Origin: Isurus oxyrinchus
Lineage: Eukaryota
Length of the DNA stretch: 64,000 nt
NCBI GenBank assembly: GCA_026770705.1
Contig: JANJGN010000006.1
Location: 72,540,001 to 72,604,000 of the forward strand
Direction: 5' to 3'
The notes under the pieces were generated by a model that was not told the origin of the DNA, did no database searches, and worked only from the letters and a program-made list of their open reading frames with translations. How positions within the stretch are numbered: the stretch's first letter is position 1; every line of letters begins with the position of its first letter. Both the position numbers and the translations under genes were made by a program. Below, one piece after another: positions 39,001 to 51,990 of the stretch.

Positions 39001-39717
39001 CTAGTGGTAGGGAACGTGTCCTGCTTCATGTTAACCTCCCTGATCTTTGCCCCACACCCAGCTACAGGTTCCCGCCCTAGCTGCAAAACTGTGTCATGTT
39101 GCACATTCTGCAGAGCCTGCGAGTCCCTCTCAGCTTTCTCCATTGCTGTGCTATCTCCATGGTGCGCTTCAGGTCTATCTCAACTTCAGCAAGTAAATGG
39201 CGCCAAATGGCATAATTGTTTATGCTGGAAACCAAATGATCTTGCAATGCTTTATTTACAGTAGCACCAAAGTTACAGCGCTCCGTTAACTGTTGAACTT
39301 TGTGATGTACATTGCGATCGACTCACTGGGGGGCCCTTACTCAAGAGTTAAACTTGAATCTTTGCATGGTCACTGAGGGTTTAGGCTGAAAATGTCCTTT
39401 CTTGAGCTCTACTAGCTTGGTGAAGGATCTGGAATTTGGTGTGTTTGGAGCCATTAAGTTACGGTTAGATTATAGGATTTGCTCCTGCAGCCACTTAGGA
39501 GAGTTGACTTCTTTTTCTCCTCTGCCATTATTTTGTTAGCTACAAAGTAGAAACCTAATCACTCAATGTATTGACTCCAGTCCTCGATGGATGGAGTCAT
39601 AGGGGTCAATTCTGCCAAAGAGAGGCATTGCTGGTGAATATACTCCTTTTCTTTCTTCTCTTAAGATAAATTGAATTATTCACAATCATGAGGCAAGGTG
39701 TTGCGTTGGCACTATTT

Positions 39718-39730
39718 ATCCTCGTTGCCA
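39718..39730 (-). promoter_or_regulatory. Primer binding site, tRNA-Ser(GCU)-like
   Basis: tggcaacgaggat 2 nt inside the 5' LTR; one mismatch to the complement of vertebrate tRNA-Ser(GCU) 3' end ATCCTCGTCGCCA. Confidence 0.75.
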
Positions 39731-39920
39731 ATTGTAATAAACTTGAAGAGTGCAGGACTGTTTTTTATTAAGAAACAGTAAACTTTATTAACAGACTCCA
39801 GATGAGGCCAAATGCTTGTTCTAAGACCAAGCTAAAAAGCTCCACCCCTAAGTTTTCCCATGCTTCGGGCTGATTTGTCTATACGTGCACATGATACCCA
39901 TTACAGTAACAAATAGTTTT

Positions 39921-40200
39921 TAAAAATTCATACATGGGATATGGGCTTCGCTGGTTAGGCCAGCATTTATTGCCCATCCTTAGATGCCCTTGAGAAGGTG
40001 GTGGGGAGCTGTCTTCTTAAACTGCTGCAGTTCATGTGGTGTAGGTACACCCACAGTGCTATCAGGAAGGCAGTTCCAGGGGTTTGACCCAGTGACAGTG
40101 AAGGAACGACAATATATTTCCAAGTCAGGATGGTGAGTGACTTGGAGGAGAACTTCCAGGTGGTGGTGTTCCCATCTATCTGCTGCCCTTGCCCTTGTTC
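39921..40200 (-). mobile_element. LINE 3' fragment inserted in the Gypsy 5' LTR
   Basis: Highly similar to 45400-45680 (gccagcatttattgccc..cttgagaaggtggtg..). Confidence 0.85.
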
Positions 40201-40219
40201 TTAATTTACAATTACTACA

Positions 40220-41070
40220 GGAGGCAAATCAGAGATTGGGGGCTAGGCAACTGAAGGCACAGCCACCAATGGTGGAGTAATTATAATTGGGAAATGACAA
40301 GAGACCAGATTTAGAGCAGCATGGATATCTCAGAGGATTGTTGGGTTGGAGGTCATTATAGTGATAGGGTTGGACAAGGCGATGGAGGAATTTGAACACA
40401 AGGATGATAATTATAAAATCATGGTGGTGCATAACTGGAAGCCAGTGTAGATCAATGAGCATAGAGTGATAGAGGAATGAAATTTGCAGTGAGTTAAGAC
40501 AGAGGCAGTAGAGTTTTGGATGACCTCAAGTTTACGAAGGTTGGAATGTGGGAGTCCAGCCAGGAGTGAATTGGAATTGATGAGTTTAGAGATAAAATAA
40601 GGCATGAATGAGGGTTTCAGCAGCAGATGAGCTGAGATGGGGTGAAGTCAAATGATGTTATGGAGATGAAAAAGGTGGTAGTAGTGATGGCATGGTTAAG
40701 ATGTCGGAAGCTCAGGTCAGGATCAAATGTGACACAAAGGTTGCTAACAAACAGACTTAAGCTGAGAGAGGAATGGAGTCGATAGCAAGGGAGCAAGAGT
40801 TTGGTTTGGGGACCGAAGCTGTCTTACGAATATTTAATTGGTAGAAATATCTGCTCGTCCAGTGCTTCATGTTGGACAAGCAGACTGATAATCTAGAAAC
40901 AGTGGAGGAGTCAAGAGAGGTGGTGGTGAGGTACAGCTGGGTGCTGTTAGCATAAATATGAAAACTAATGCTGTGCCTTTGGATGATGTTGTCATGGGAG
41001 GGCATGTGGATGAGAAATATGTGGAGTCCAAGGAAAGCTCCTTGGAGGACACCAGAGGTAACAGTGCAAA
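40220..41070 (-). mobile_element. L2 LINE RT/C-terminal fragment
   Basis: SFHIYANSTQLY (YADDTQLY), NSLLAGLP..KLEVIQNSTA, DLHWLPV..LVFK. Confidence 0.9.
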
Positions 41071-41264
41071 TACTTACAAGAACAAATACTTAATTCTATT
41101 CATTTTTACATGAAGCCTTGAACCAATGGAGCTCAATGTGCATTAATATCAATTAATCTGCATTCTTTCAAAGGTTGTTCCTTATTTTGTTCTTTTTTTG
41201 TGACTGCTGGAGTTTTAGTTTTGTTTACACTGCTATGAACAATGATTCACTCTTGTCTTTCTGT

Positions 41265-41803
41265 GGAGATCTGAATGCAATCCTGGGGGGCGGGGGGGGT
41301 GGCAGGAGGGGGAAGTACAGGCAGGAGATGGTGGGGAGGGCCAGTGAGGGAGTAGGGAGCATGCTAGCAGCCAGTTAATGGGCCCTTAAGAAGCTTGTTA
41401 AGGCCTGTGTTCCTACCCGCATGTAATGTTCCGACTTTTTTCTGGTGAGCCAAACAGCCTGTGCGCAGCTGCTGGTTCATCATGGGTAACAAATAAACTT
41501 CTGTGCAGTTGTCTTTGAAACAAACCTATGGGGCCAACAAGCCCTGGCACAAGCGCTGGTTCAATCTTGTCTTCCTTAATTGTTCCACCTCCATGTCCTT
41601 CCATGGAGCTGCCTTCTCCATTTGGCAAGGCAGCAACATAGCTCGTGCTAGCCTTCTGGAGGCACTTGGTGAGGCTCACCTCCTGGCTGAGTAAGCTATA
41701 TGTATTTAAAAATGGTGTCACAAGCGAAACAGCTTGGGTAATGGGTCGGGACCTGGAAATCATCTGGGTATCAGGTTCCTGACCCTAATTTAAAATCTGG
41801 CCC
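41265..41803. mobile_element. Degenerate Harbinger-like non-autonomous element
   Basis: Ends aaaatctggccc (TIR-like); internal ttaatgggcccttaag..ttaaggcc motifs. Confidence 0.35.
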
Positions 41804-43297
41804 ATCAAGTATGCAACTTGCTAAAGACAAGTGTTTGTGCCAAAAATAATTAAACTCCTGAACCTACTCAAAAGCTATGCACTCATCCAGTAGAAGGGAA
41901 AGTAAGATTAAGGCAACTAGACATTTAGCTGGACAATATTTATTAGAAACCTCCCTGAAACTAGGCCTTAATTAAATTTGAATTGTAAGGGTAGTTCATC
42001 CAATAGCTATGTAGTTGGAGATGAATCTCTTTAGATAGGCAAAATGCTTTCTCTTAAGTTGATTGTAGGTATTTTAACTTGCTTTTGTCTTATCAAGAAA
42101 ATATGTATTTTTGCAGTTGCTAAATTCTTATAAATATTCACTCTTCTTCTAAAGCTTAGGTGCAAATTTGCATCAGAGCATTTTGGGTGAACTCCCAGTA
42201 CACTATTAACAATTAAACATAAGTTTGTGTGCATGCTCGATTGGTTAAATCCTCAGTCCTTAAAGGGACCACTGAAGGCAGCCTCCTGTAAGGTAAATTT
42301 TTATTTCTTTTACTTAACTTATTGTGGAGCACAGAATAAATAGAATGAAAATTACAAGCTGTCTTAATAAATTAGAACCAATATGGTAGCTAGTTAGCTA
42401 GGTAGACACAAACTCCATTAACCTTCTTTTATTGATTTTATAACTGGGGAAATGACTTAAAGAGTGGCTGTACATTCTTAATGCTGGGATCATTTAGCTT
42501 TGTAAAACATGCTGGCAAAGAAACAGCAGCAAACTGCAATTACCTTAACCCTTTATAAATGTATGGGGTTATTAAAAATAGTTTCAGAGAAGACAAAATT
42601 ATGTTAAAAGCTACAGGAAACAGCTGATAAAAGAATGATATGAAGTGCGTTTCTCAGAGATACTGATCATCACAAATAGTTACTTTGACATCCATCATAC
42701 TCATTGGAAATGGCAATATGTCTAAAAGAGACTAAGGTGATTTTTTTTACATGGTACAGTAGCTAAACTGGCTTGAGTCCATGTCTATGTATTATTTTTT
42801 TCCTATAATGGAAATGACTGAACAGAAACATTGCATTGATTCTCCCTTCCTCTGTGGTTTGGATCTTCTCCCATGTGCACAGTTAAGGGATAAAAAGATT
42901 TTCTGCCCATTCTCTGACACACATTGTTAATGTTTTGCTCAATGTAAGCATTGTGTTCTTATTTGGCTGCACTGGCAGACTGCAGAGCACTTAGTTGCAA
43001 CTTGAGGAATGTGCATCTGATGACAATGGAGGTGCTTACTTCAAACATTGCTCTTGCAATACATGTGCAGTTAGATGGACATCAGGAGGAAGCCATCACA
43101 AAAACAAAAGGCAGCATTGCAGCTTTCCTATTGATTGCTGACTTAAGCAATGCTGTGAATGTGAAGCTAGTTAGAATATGTATGGTCTCACAGTACAGGC
43201 CCATGTGTATACTCTGCTGATTGTTAGGCCTTGAAATAATACACTGGCAGTGACAATTAAGGCAATGCCTGCACTGTGCCCTAAAAGTAAACATGTA

Positions 43298-46200
43298 GGG
43301 TGGAATTCTCCATGACTGCAGGCATTGGGCATGAGTGGGCAATATGGTGAGAAGGCCAAAAATCGGTTTCATGACGTTGTGAAACCAGTTTGCGATCATC
43401 CGCCCTGCCGTCAGGTGTTGGGAACCTCATTGTAATACATCTGCATATCATTATAAGCGCAGCCTGCCAGAATCTTCCCCCAATACTGGATCATCCGCCC
43501 ACTTTGGTGGGAAAACCCACCGGCGCAGAACCATTGTGACACATCTTGATAAGTGTGACGTGCAGAAGTCGGGACTTACCGCCAGGGCATTGCTCACATC
43601 GCCAACATCCGAAGAGCAGAAATGCTGGAGCCTGACAGCAACGTCTCACTGGAGGAACATCCATCATATGCTGGGTGGATTCTCATGGACATAGTTCTGC
43701 CACGAAGCAGCTCACAGAAAGTGGAAAGTCACTGTTGAGGATCTGCTCACAATGGATAATCATCGAGGGGACGGAGAGGAAGGTCCAGCTGTGCTTGGAA
43801 TAGGAAGATCTAGGTTTGACTGGGAGATGAAGGTGTGTCTGGCGGGGGTGGTGAGGGTGAAGTTGGGAGTGGGGAACGAAGGTGATGGGGAGCTGAGATT
43901 AGGAGGGGGTAGGGAGCATGGGGGGGTGGGAGAGGGGGTAACAGGGAGAAGATGGTAGGTGTAAGGGGGGAGGAAGGTGTAAGGGAAGGAGTTTGGAGGG
44001 AGGAAAGAGTCCAAAGAGGGGAAGGAGTCCAGGGGGTGGGAAGTTGGCAGGTGGTAGGGGTGGGGGGGTGGTGGGAAAGGAGTCCAGTGGGAGGAAAGGA
44101 GTTCCAAGGGTGGGAGGAATGTGGTGTGGCAGGGGGGGTGGGGGGAAGAAGCTCCAAGAGAGGAAGGAGTTCCAAGGGAGGAAGGAACCTGGACAGGGGA
44201 TGTCCAGGTAAATGTGCAAGAGAGGTCTCTGTTGAGTCCATGACTGCCTCCTGGAGAATGAACCGAGGGTGTGTGTGGTACAAGGGAATGGTGAGAATCA
44301 CCAAGGGCAGAGTGAGGGGGGTGGGGGATGAGGGTGTGACAGTGTTAGTAGAAGGGACAGCTAGGGTGGTTGGTGGGGACTTGGATGCAGGCACGGACGC
44401 TGGAGTTGGGAAGGAGCACGGGAAGGTTAATGTGGAGGGGTGTGGGATTTTCAGGAAGGAAGAGAATGTCCACTTCACCTGGACATCTTCGAAGGAATAG
44501 AGTTGTGGCTGGTAGGTGATGGTGGGGAGGTGGAAGGTAATGCCGGGGCATCGACAGTGATGGGGGAAAGGACGGGAACCTGAAGAAAAATATTAGAAGC
44601 ACCATGCTTGCCAAATCGAAAGTGAAACGAGAGTCATGGTGGGTGCGATCAGGTGCTGCATGGGAGTGTGATCATTGGGTGGGCAGAGATGCAGCTTGGA
44701 TGATCGACTGAAAGCAAACCTCAGCAGGAGCATTGAAAATGCTCAGGACATTGAGATGAGTGTGATATGTGAACAATCCACTTGCATGGGGGAGTGCTCG
44801 CACAAGGCTCTGAAAGACCCTGACACACATATACACTACTCCCTCCAGAATCACTCGTGGGCCAGCTGCTCCCTCTGCAGTGATAGATGATGAGGTTGAG
44901 GGGGTCACAGGCAAAGGGGCCTCTGAGGGAAAGGAGAGCCTTGGAGATTCCTGAATGGATGACCCAGGGGTGTCCAGCTGCCGCTCCTCCTCCCTTTTGG
45001 TGCCCATGGTTCCCGGCCTGACTTCTTGATCGGGAGCAGCACATGGAGGGATGTCGAAGTGCCCCATTTCCCTTTCATGCTGCCACTGCAGGAACTCACC
45101 CATGGCTTCAGCAATGGAGTGCAGGTCAGTGTGCATGTCTGCGTCCTGCTGGACCAAGGTCTCCATGGCTTCCACCATCCTTCCCATGGAGACCTCTGTA
45201 CGCACACGTTTGGGTGCCATATCATCAGAGAGTGGGCAGACCCAATCCTCCGACTCACTTGCCACTCTGCTGAGGTCTTCCAACAGCTCTGCTTGATATT
45301 CTCCTGCCTTCTGCTGACTCTCCAGGATGAGTTGGAAGGCAAAATCCAGAGACTCGGACCTCACAGATGCCTTTTCCTCAGCAGTCCTCCTACTTTTTCT
45401 TTATTTATTCACGGGATGTGGGCTTCACTGGCTGGGCCAGGATTTATTGCCATTACCTAGTTATCCTTGAGAAGGTGGTGGTGAGCTGCCTTCTTGAATT
45501 GCTGCAGTCCATATGGTGTGGTTTAGGCACATCCATAGTGCTGTTAGGAAGGGAGATCCAGGATTTTGACTCAGAGACAGTGAAGGAACGGTGATATATT
45601 TCCAAGTCAGGTTGGTGTGTGACTTGGAGGGGAACTTCCAGGTGGTGGTGTTCCCATCTATCTGCTGCCCTTGTCCTTCTAGTTGGTAGTGGTCATGGGT
45701 TTGGAAGGTGCTACCTAAGGAGCATTGATGAATTCATGTACTGCATCTTGTAGATGGTACACACTGTTGCCACTGTGCGTCGGTGGTGGAGGGAGTGATT
45801 TTTGCAGATATGGTACCAATCAAGCGGGCGGCTTTGTTCTGGATGGTGTCAAGCTTCTTGAGTGTTGTGGGAGCTGCACTCATCCAGGCAAGTGGGGAGC
45901 ATTCCACCACACTCCTGACTTGTGCCTTGTAGATGGTGGACAGGTTTTGGGGAGTCAGGAGATGAGTTACTTGTCACAGGATTCCTAACCTCTGACCTGC
46001 TCTTGTAGCCACAGTATTTATATGGCTAGCCAGTTCAGGTTCTGGTTTTGGCAATGCCCAGAATGTTGATAGTGGGGGATTCAGTAATGGTAATGCCATT
46101 GAACATCAAGGGGCGATGGTTAGATTCTCTATTGTTGGAGATGATCATTGTCTGGCATTTGTATGGTGTGAATGTTATTTGCCGCTTATCAGTTCAAGCC

Positions 46201-48508
46201 TGGATATTGTCCAGGTCTTGATGCATTTGAACATGGACTGCTTCAGTATCTGAGGAGTTGCAAATGCTGCTGAACATTGTGCGATCATCATTAAACATCC
46301 ATACTTCTGACCTTATGATGGAAGTAAGGTCATTGATGAAGCAGCTGAAGGTGGTTGGGCCCAGGACATTACCTTGAGGTGATGTCCTGCAGCTGAGATG
46401 ACTGACCTCCAACAACCACAACTATCTTCCCTTATGCTAGGTAAGATTCTAACCAGCGGAGAGTGGTTCCCTGATTCCCATTAACTTCAGTTTTGTTAGG
46501 GCTCCTTGATGTCACACTCAGACAAATGCTGCCTTGATGTCAAGGGCAGTCACTCTCACCTCATCTTGGGAGTTCAGCTCTTTTGTCCATGTTTGGACCC
46601 AGGCTGTAATGAGGTCAGGAACTGAGTGATGCTGGCAGAACCCAAACTGGGCGTCAGTGAGCAGATTATTGCTAAGCAAGTGCTGCTTGATAGCACTGTT
46701 GATGACCTCTTCCATTACTTAACTGATGATTGAGAGTTGACTTATGGGGCGGTAATTGGCCCGGTTGATTTGTCCTACTTTTTGTGTACAGGACATACCT
46801 GAGCAATTTTCCACATAGCCAGGTACATGAAAGTGTACTGGGACAGCTTGGCACTAGTCCCCAGATGTTAGTAAGGGACCCTTGCTGGATCAATGGGGAT
46901 GAGTTTTCCATTGTCATTTCTGGTGCTTAGGTCAATGTCGGGTGGTCCATCTGGTTTCATTTTTAAGACTTGTAGCGGTTTGATACAACTGAGTCACATG
47001 TAGGTCAGAGCAGGAAAAGATGGTAGATTTCCTTCCACATTAGTGGAAGCCATCTAGTGAACCAGATGGGTTTTTACAACTGTTGACAAAGGTTCTGTGG
47101 TCATCATTAGATTTTTAATTCCAGATTTTTATTGAATCCAAACTTTACCATCTGCCATAGCAGGGTCCCCAGATTTACCCTGGGTTTAACTGGATTACTA
47201 GTCCAGCAACAATACCACTATACCATTGCCTCCCCAAGTGCCAGGGATCTCAGCTGATCCTGCCTCCTCCTGCTGAGGACACATGTCCGTGCGGTGACCA
47301 CCAGATTGTGAAACTGAGCCTGCTCTCAATCTAGTTCCCACTGAGGTGTGTGCCCCTGCGCTGGTGGAGGGTGTGGGTAAGTGCTGTGCAGCAGCCTTGC
47401 AGGCTGCTCATTTCCAGCTCTTAAATTGAGGACGAGTGCTTTTGGCTGGAGGTGAGGACCTGGATGGGGCTGAGGGACTGGCTCGCTGAGAGTGTCAGTC
47501 GCTTGGCAGAGCTCCCTGTGAACCAATGTAGAGATGATGAATGCATGGCAGCAGAGTCAAAAGCAGGAGAAAGAGCACTCACATTTGCGTTGAGAGGGAT
47601 AATGGAGTGTAGAATCCTCACAAGGATTTTCGCCACCGACCTCACCATCGCTGCAGGCACGGTCCACATCCATACCAGTCAGCGTGATGGCACACTCCTG
47701 AAAGTGAGTGATGGGCCTAATGTGGGCCACTCCATCCCTGGCCTGAGACCTCTCTATGCTTGTATGAGCCAGCTTCTCCTGCATGAAACCACATGGAGAG
47801 AGTGTCAGCAGGATACATGGCACTGCATGGAATGTTTGTGTGGTGAGTGGAGACATGGACGGGATGAGGACAGAAGCTCCAGAGGATATGACCCTGATGG
47901 AGATGTGAGAGTGTGTGTGAGACTTAGTGGTGTTGTCCCTTGAGCTCTGAGATCCCTGTGGATGTGTGATGGGTTTGTGAGTGTGTGAGTTGAGAGTGAA
48001 GAGAAGAATGAGTTACCCTAGTGGAACGGGTGAGACCACTCATCCTGTTGTGGCACTTTGCAGGGCATTGGTGTTGACCACCGCTGCTACTGCCTCCCAT
48101 GCTGGATTGGTGACCTTACTTGCTGGAGCGTGTGTAGAGAACATCATGGCGGGTCTTCATTGTGCCCAAAAGGCACTCGAGGGATGCGTCATTAAACCTG
48201 GGGGTTGTAATCTTCTTGCCTTTCGGGGCCATGTCTTTTGTACAGCTGTCCTGGGCTGGAAGCACTGAGAGGTGTTCACATGGATGCACGTTAAGTATGG
48301 CGCTCAGCATGTTGAAGTGGCGATGTGATTGCGTAACACGCAAATGAGAGCCTATCCACCAACAAAGCAGCGTCTTTCCCAGGAATGCATATTTAATGAC
48401 TTGGGATTGGGACGGTACAGTGTGAAAAGCTGCCATTGCAGCCAGCGGGTAAAACATTCTTTTCCCACCCGTTACTGCACTTAATGCAAATCTGGGATGA
48501 TTCCACCC
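43298..48508 (-). mobile_element. Harbinger-like element with intron-containing Myb/SANT gene (copy 3)
   Basis: Perfect 9-bp TIR gggtggaat..attccaccc, flanks GTA/TTA; MAPKGKKITTPRFNDASLECLL..DVLY; exon 2 EKLAHTSIERSQARDGVAHIRPITHF; C-terminal ORF 44672-45364. Confidence 0.85.
45392..47235 (-). mobile_element. Internally deleted LINE (CR1/L2 group) with a tRNA-SINE-like 5' head
   Basis: Head ggcaatggtatagtggt + SINE body, then LTNIWGLVP (APE start), QFGFCQHHS..ALDIKAAF, PQGNVLGP..MFNDD, 3' tail + polyA. Confidence 0.85.
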
Positions 48509-49369
48509 TTAGTTGGGTTCGAGTTTTTAACCTCCTTGGGTCTAAGTTAAAAGTATTTACACTGTACTTCGAGTTAAATGAAAATAAACTGGACTAGGTA
48601 GTTTAGATGTAAACTGCACTTTCACTTTTAATAAAAAATATACTTCAAGATACTGGGATCAATATCCTGAAAGAATATGCATCTGAGGCATCAGGCAAAT
48701 TCATAACCCTTCACCTTAACTCCTCATCATTGAATCAACTGGAATTTACCACCCAGTTTATGCCAAGGAGTTAATGATAACTAAATTTGGCTTGCTGAAT
48801 TGTCTTGCATCAACCAACTTGGAGTATATAAGGATGGAGGAGAGAGTTCATGGTCTGAAATTGTTGAACTCAATATTAAGTCCATAAAACTGTAAAGTGC
48901 CTAGTCGGAAGATGAGGTGCTGTTCCTCCAGTTTGCGTTGAGCTTCACTGGAACAATGCAGCAGGCCAAGGACGGACATGTGGGCATGAGAGCAGGGTGG
49001 AGTGTTGAAATGGCAAGCGACAGAGAGGTCTGGGTCATGCTTGCGGACAGACTGAAAGTGTTCCACAAAGCGGTCACCCAGCCTGCTTTTGATCCCTCCA
49101 ATGTAGAGGAGACCGCATTGGAAGCAGCGAACGCCACAGACTAAATTGAGGGAAGTGTAAGTGAAATGCTGCTTCACTTGAAAGGAGTGTTTGGGCCCTT
49201 GGATGGTGAGGAGAGGGGAAGTAAAGGGGCAGGTGTTGCACCTTCTGCAGTTGCATGGGAAGCTGCCGTGGGAGGGGTTTGAGGTGCAGGGGGGTGATGG
49301 AGGAGTGGACCAGGGCGTCCTGGAGGGAACGATCCCTGCAGAAAGCCGCCGGGGTTGGGTCGGGGGGAT

Positions 49370-49397
49370 GGGGGGGGGGGGGGGGGGGGGGGGGGGG
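49370..49397 (+). repeat. Poly-G run (28 nt)
   Basis: Direct reading of the sequence. Confidence 0.9.
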
Positions 49398-51951
49398 TGA
49401 AGGCAAGATGTGTTTGGCGGTGGCACCATGCTGGAGTTGACAGAAATAGAGGCGGATGATCCTTTGAATGCGGAGGCTGGTGGGGTGATAAGTGAGGACA
49501 AGGGATAAGTGAGGACATGTTTCTGGGAGGGAGGAGAAGGCGTGAGGGCGGATGCACGGGAGATGGGGCCGGACACGGTTGAGGGCCCTCTCAACCACTG
49601 TGGCTCGAAAACCTCGGTTAAAGAAGAATGAAGACATGTCAGAGGAACTGTTTTGGAAAGTGGCATCATCAGAACATATGCAACAGAGGCGAAGGAACTG
49701 AGAGAACGGGATGGAATCCTTACAGGAAGCAGGGTGTGAGGAGCTGTAGTCGAGGTAGCTGTGGGAGTCGGTGGGTTTGTAATGGATATTGGTGGACAGT
49801 CTATCACCAGAGATTGAGACTGAGAGGTCAAGGAAGGGAAAGGAAGTGTCAGTGATGGACCATGTGAAAATGATGGAGGGGTGGAGATTGGAAGCAAAAT
49901 TAATACATTTTTCCAGATCCAGATGAGAGCATGAAGCGGCACCAAAGCAGTCATCGATGTACCAGAGAAAGAGTTGTGGCAGGGGGCCTGAGTAGGACTG
50001 GAACAAGGAATGTTCCACAAACCCCATACAGATGCAGGCATAACTGGGGCCCATGCGAGTACCCATAGCCATACCTTTTATTTGGAGGAAGTGAGACGAT
50101 TTTAAGGAGAAATTGTTCAGTGAGAGAACAAGTTCAGCTAGACAGAGGAGAGTAGTGGGGAATGGGGATTGTTCAGGCCTCTGTTCGAGGAAGAAGCGGA
50201 GAGCCATCAGACCATTCTGGTGGGGGATGGCGGTGCAGAGGGATTGGATGTCCATGGTGAAGAGGAGACTGTTAGGGCCAGGGAACTGAAAATTGTTGAT
50301 ATGATGTAGGGCGTCAGAGGCGTCGTGGATGTAGGTGGGAAGAGACTGGACAAGTGAGAGAGAATGGAGTCAAGATAGCAAGAAATAAGTTCCATGGGGC
50401 AGGAACAGGCTGACATGATCAGTCTGCCGGGAAAGTCCTGTTTGTGGATTTTGGATAGGAGGTAGAAGCGGGCCGTCCAAGGCTGGGAGACTGTAAGGTT
50501 GGAAGCTGTGGAGGGAAGATCTCCAGAGGAGATGAGGTCAGTGACAGTCCTGGAAACAATGGCTTGATGTTCACTAGTGGGGTCATGGTCCAGGGGGAGT
50601 TAGGAGGACGTGTCTGCGAGTTGATGCTCAGTCTCTGTGAGGTAGAGGTCAGTGCGCCAGAAAACAACAGTACCACCCTTGTCAGCAAGTTTGATGACAA
50701 AGTCAGGATTGGATCTGAGAGAACGGTGTGAGGCAAGTTCAGAAAGAGACAGGTTAGAGTGGGTGAGAGGAGCAGAGAAATTGAAACGTGACATCAGTCG
50801 TCTCAATTTCTCTGGTCCCCTCTAACCTCGACTACAGCTCCTCACACCCCGCTTCTTGTAAGGACTCCATCCCATTCTCTCAGTTCCTTCGCCTCCGTCG
50901 CATATGTTCTGATGATGCCATTTTCCAAAACAGTTTCTCTGACATGTCTTCCTTCTTCCTTAACTGAAGTTTTCCACCCACGGTGGTTGACAGGGGCCTC
51001 AACCGTGTCCAGCCCATCTCCCGCGCATCTGCCTCACACCTTCCGCTCCCTCCCAGAACCCTGATAGGGTTCCCCTTGTTCTCACTTATCACCCCACTAG
51101 CCTCCGTGTTCAAAGGATCATCCTCCTCCATTTCTGCCAACTCCAGCATGATGCCACCACCAAACACATTTTCCCTTCAACCCCCCGGCGGCTTTCCGTA
51201 GGGATCGTTCCCTCCGGGACGTCCTGTTCCACTCCTCAACCCTCTCCCGCGTTACCTTCCCATGCAACCTCAGAAGGTACAACACCTGCCCCTTTACTTC
51301 CCACACCCCCCCTCCCCCCCACCGCCCAAGGGCCCAAACGCTCCTTTCAAGTGAAGCAACTTGCGCAAGCATGACCCAGAACTTCCTGTCGCTTGCCATT
51401 TCAACACACACCCTGCTCTCATGCCCACATGTCCGTCCTTGACCAGCTGCAATGTTCCAGTGAAGCTCAACGCAAACTGGAGGAACAGCACCTCATCTTC
51501 CGACTAGGCACTTTACAGTCTTATGGGCTTAATATTGAGTTCAACAATTTCAGATCATGAACTGTCTCCTCCATCCCCACCCCCTTTCCGATCTCTCTTT
51601 TTCCAATAATTTATAATTTTTTACAACTATATTTTTTTTCTTTTCCTTCCTTTTTTTAAATTTATTTCAAGCTTTTGTTTCATTTCTATCCTTTAAGCCC
51701 AATTTAATCCCTTCCCCCCAACCCACCCTCACTAGGGCCATCTGCCACTAGCTTATCCTGCTTGCTACCCTTAATGTCCCCATTATCATAAGCTTTAGAT
51801 AATATCACCACCGTCAACACCCTTTTGTCATTCTGTAGATAACATCTTTGGCAATCTCTTCTTGGCCTCCACCTATCACTGGCCCCCTATCGAGCTCTTC
51901 TCTCCCACCCCCTTCTACCAGCTTATATTTCATCTCATTCCTATATGTCTT

Positions 51952-51990
51952 AGTTCAGATGAAGGGTCATATGGACTTGAAACATCAACT
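51952..51990 (+). ncRNA. Hammerhead ribozyme-like motif
   Basis: AGUU-CAGAUGA-AGGGUC-auau-GGACUU-GAAAC-AUC-AACU; one core mismatch. Confidence 0.55.

Larger units (their letters stand above)
36008..40219 (-). mobile_element. Full-length Gypsy (Mag-like) LTR retrotransposon, degenerate, RT not recognisable
   Basis: ~205-bp LTRs tgtaataaactt..attactaca at 36008-36212 and 39733-40219 (latter interrupted); GGAGG TSD; PBS 39718-39730; PPT 36213-36225; gag MPLFGRIDPYD, Zn knuckles CYCCGGNH, protease VDTGAS, integrase PWVRLHIDYVGPF..YHPSSNGLAERAV. Confidence 0.93.
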
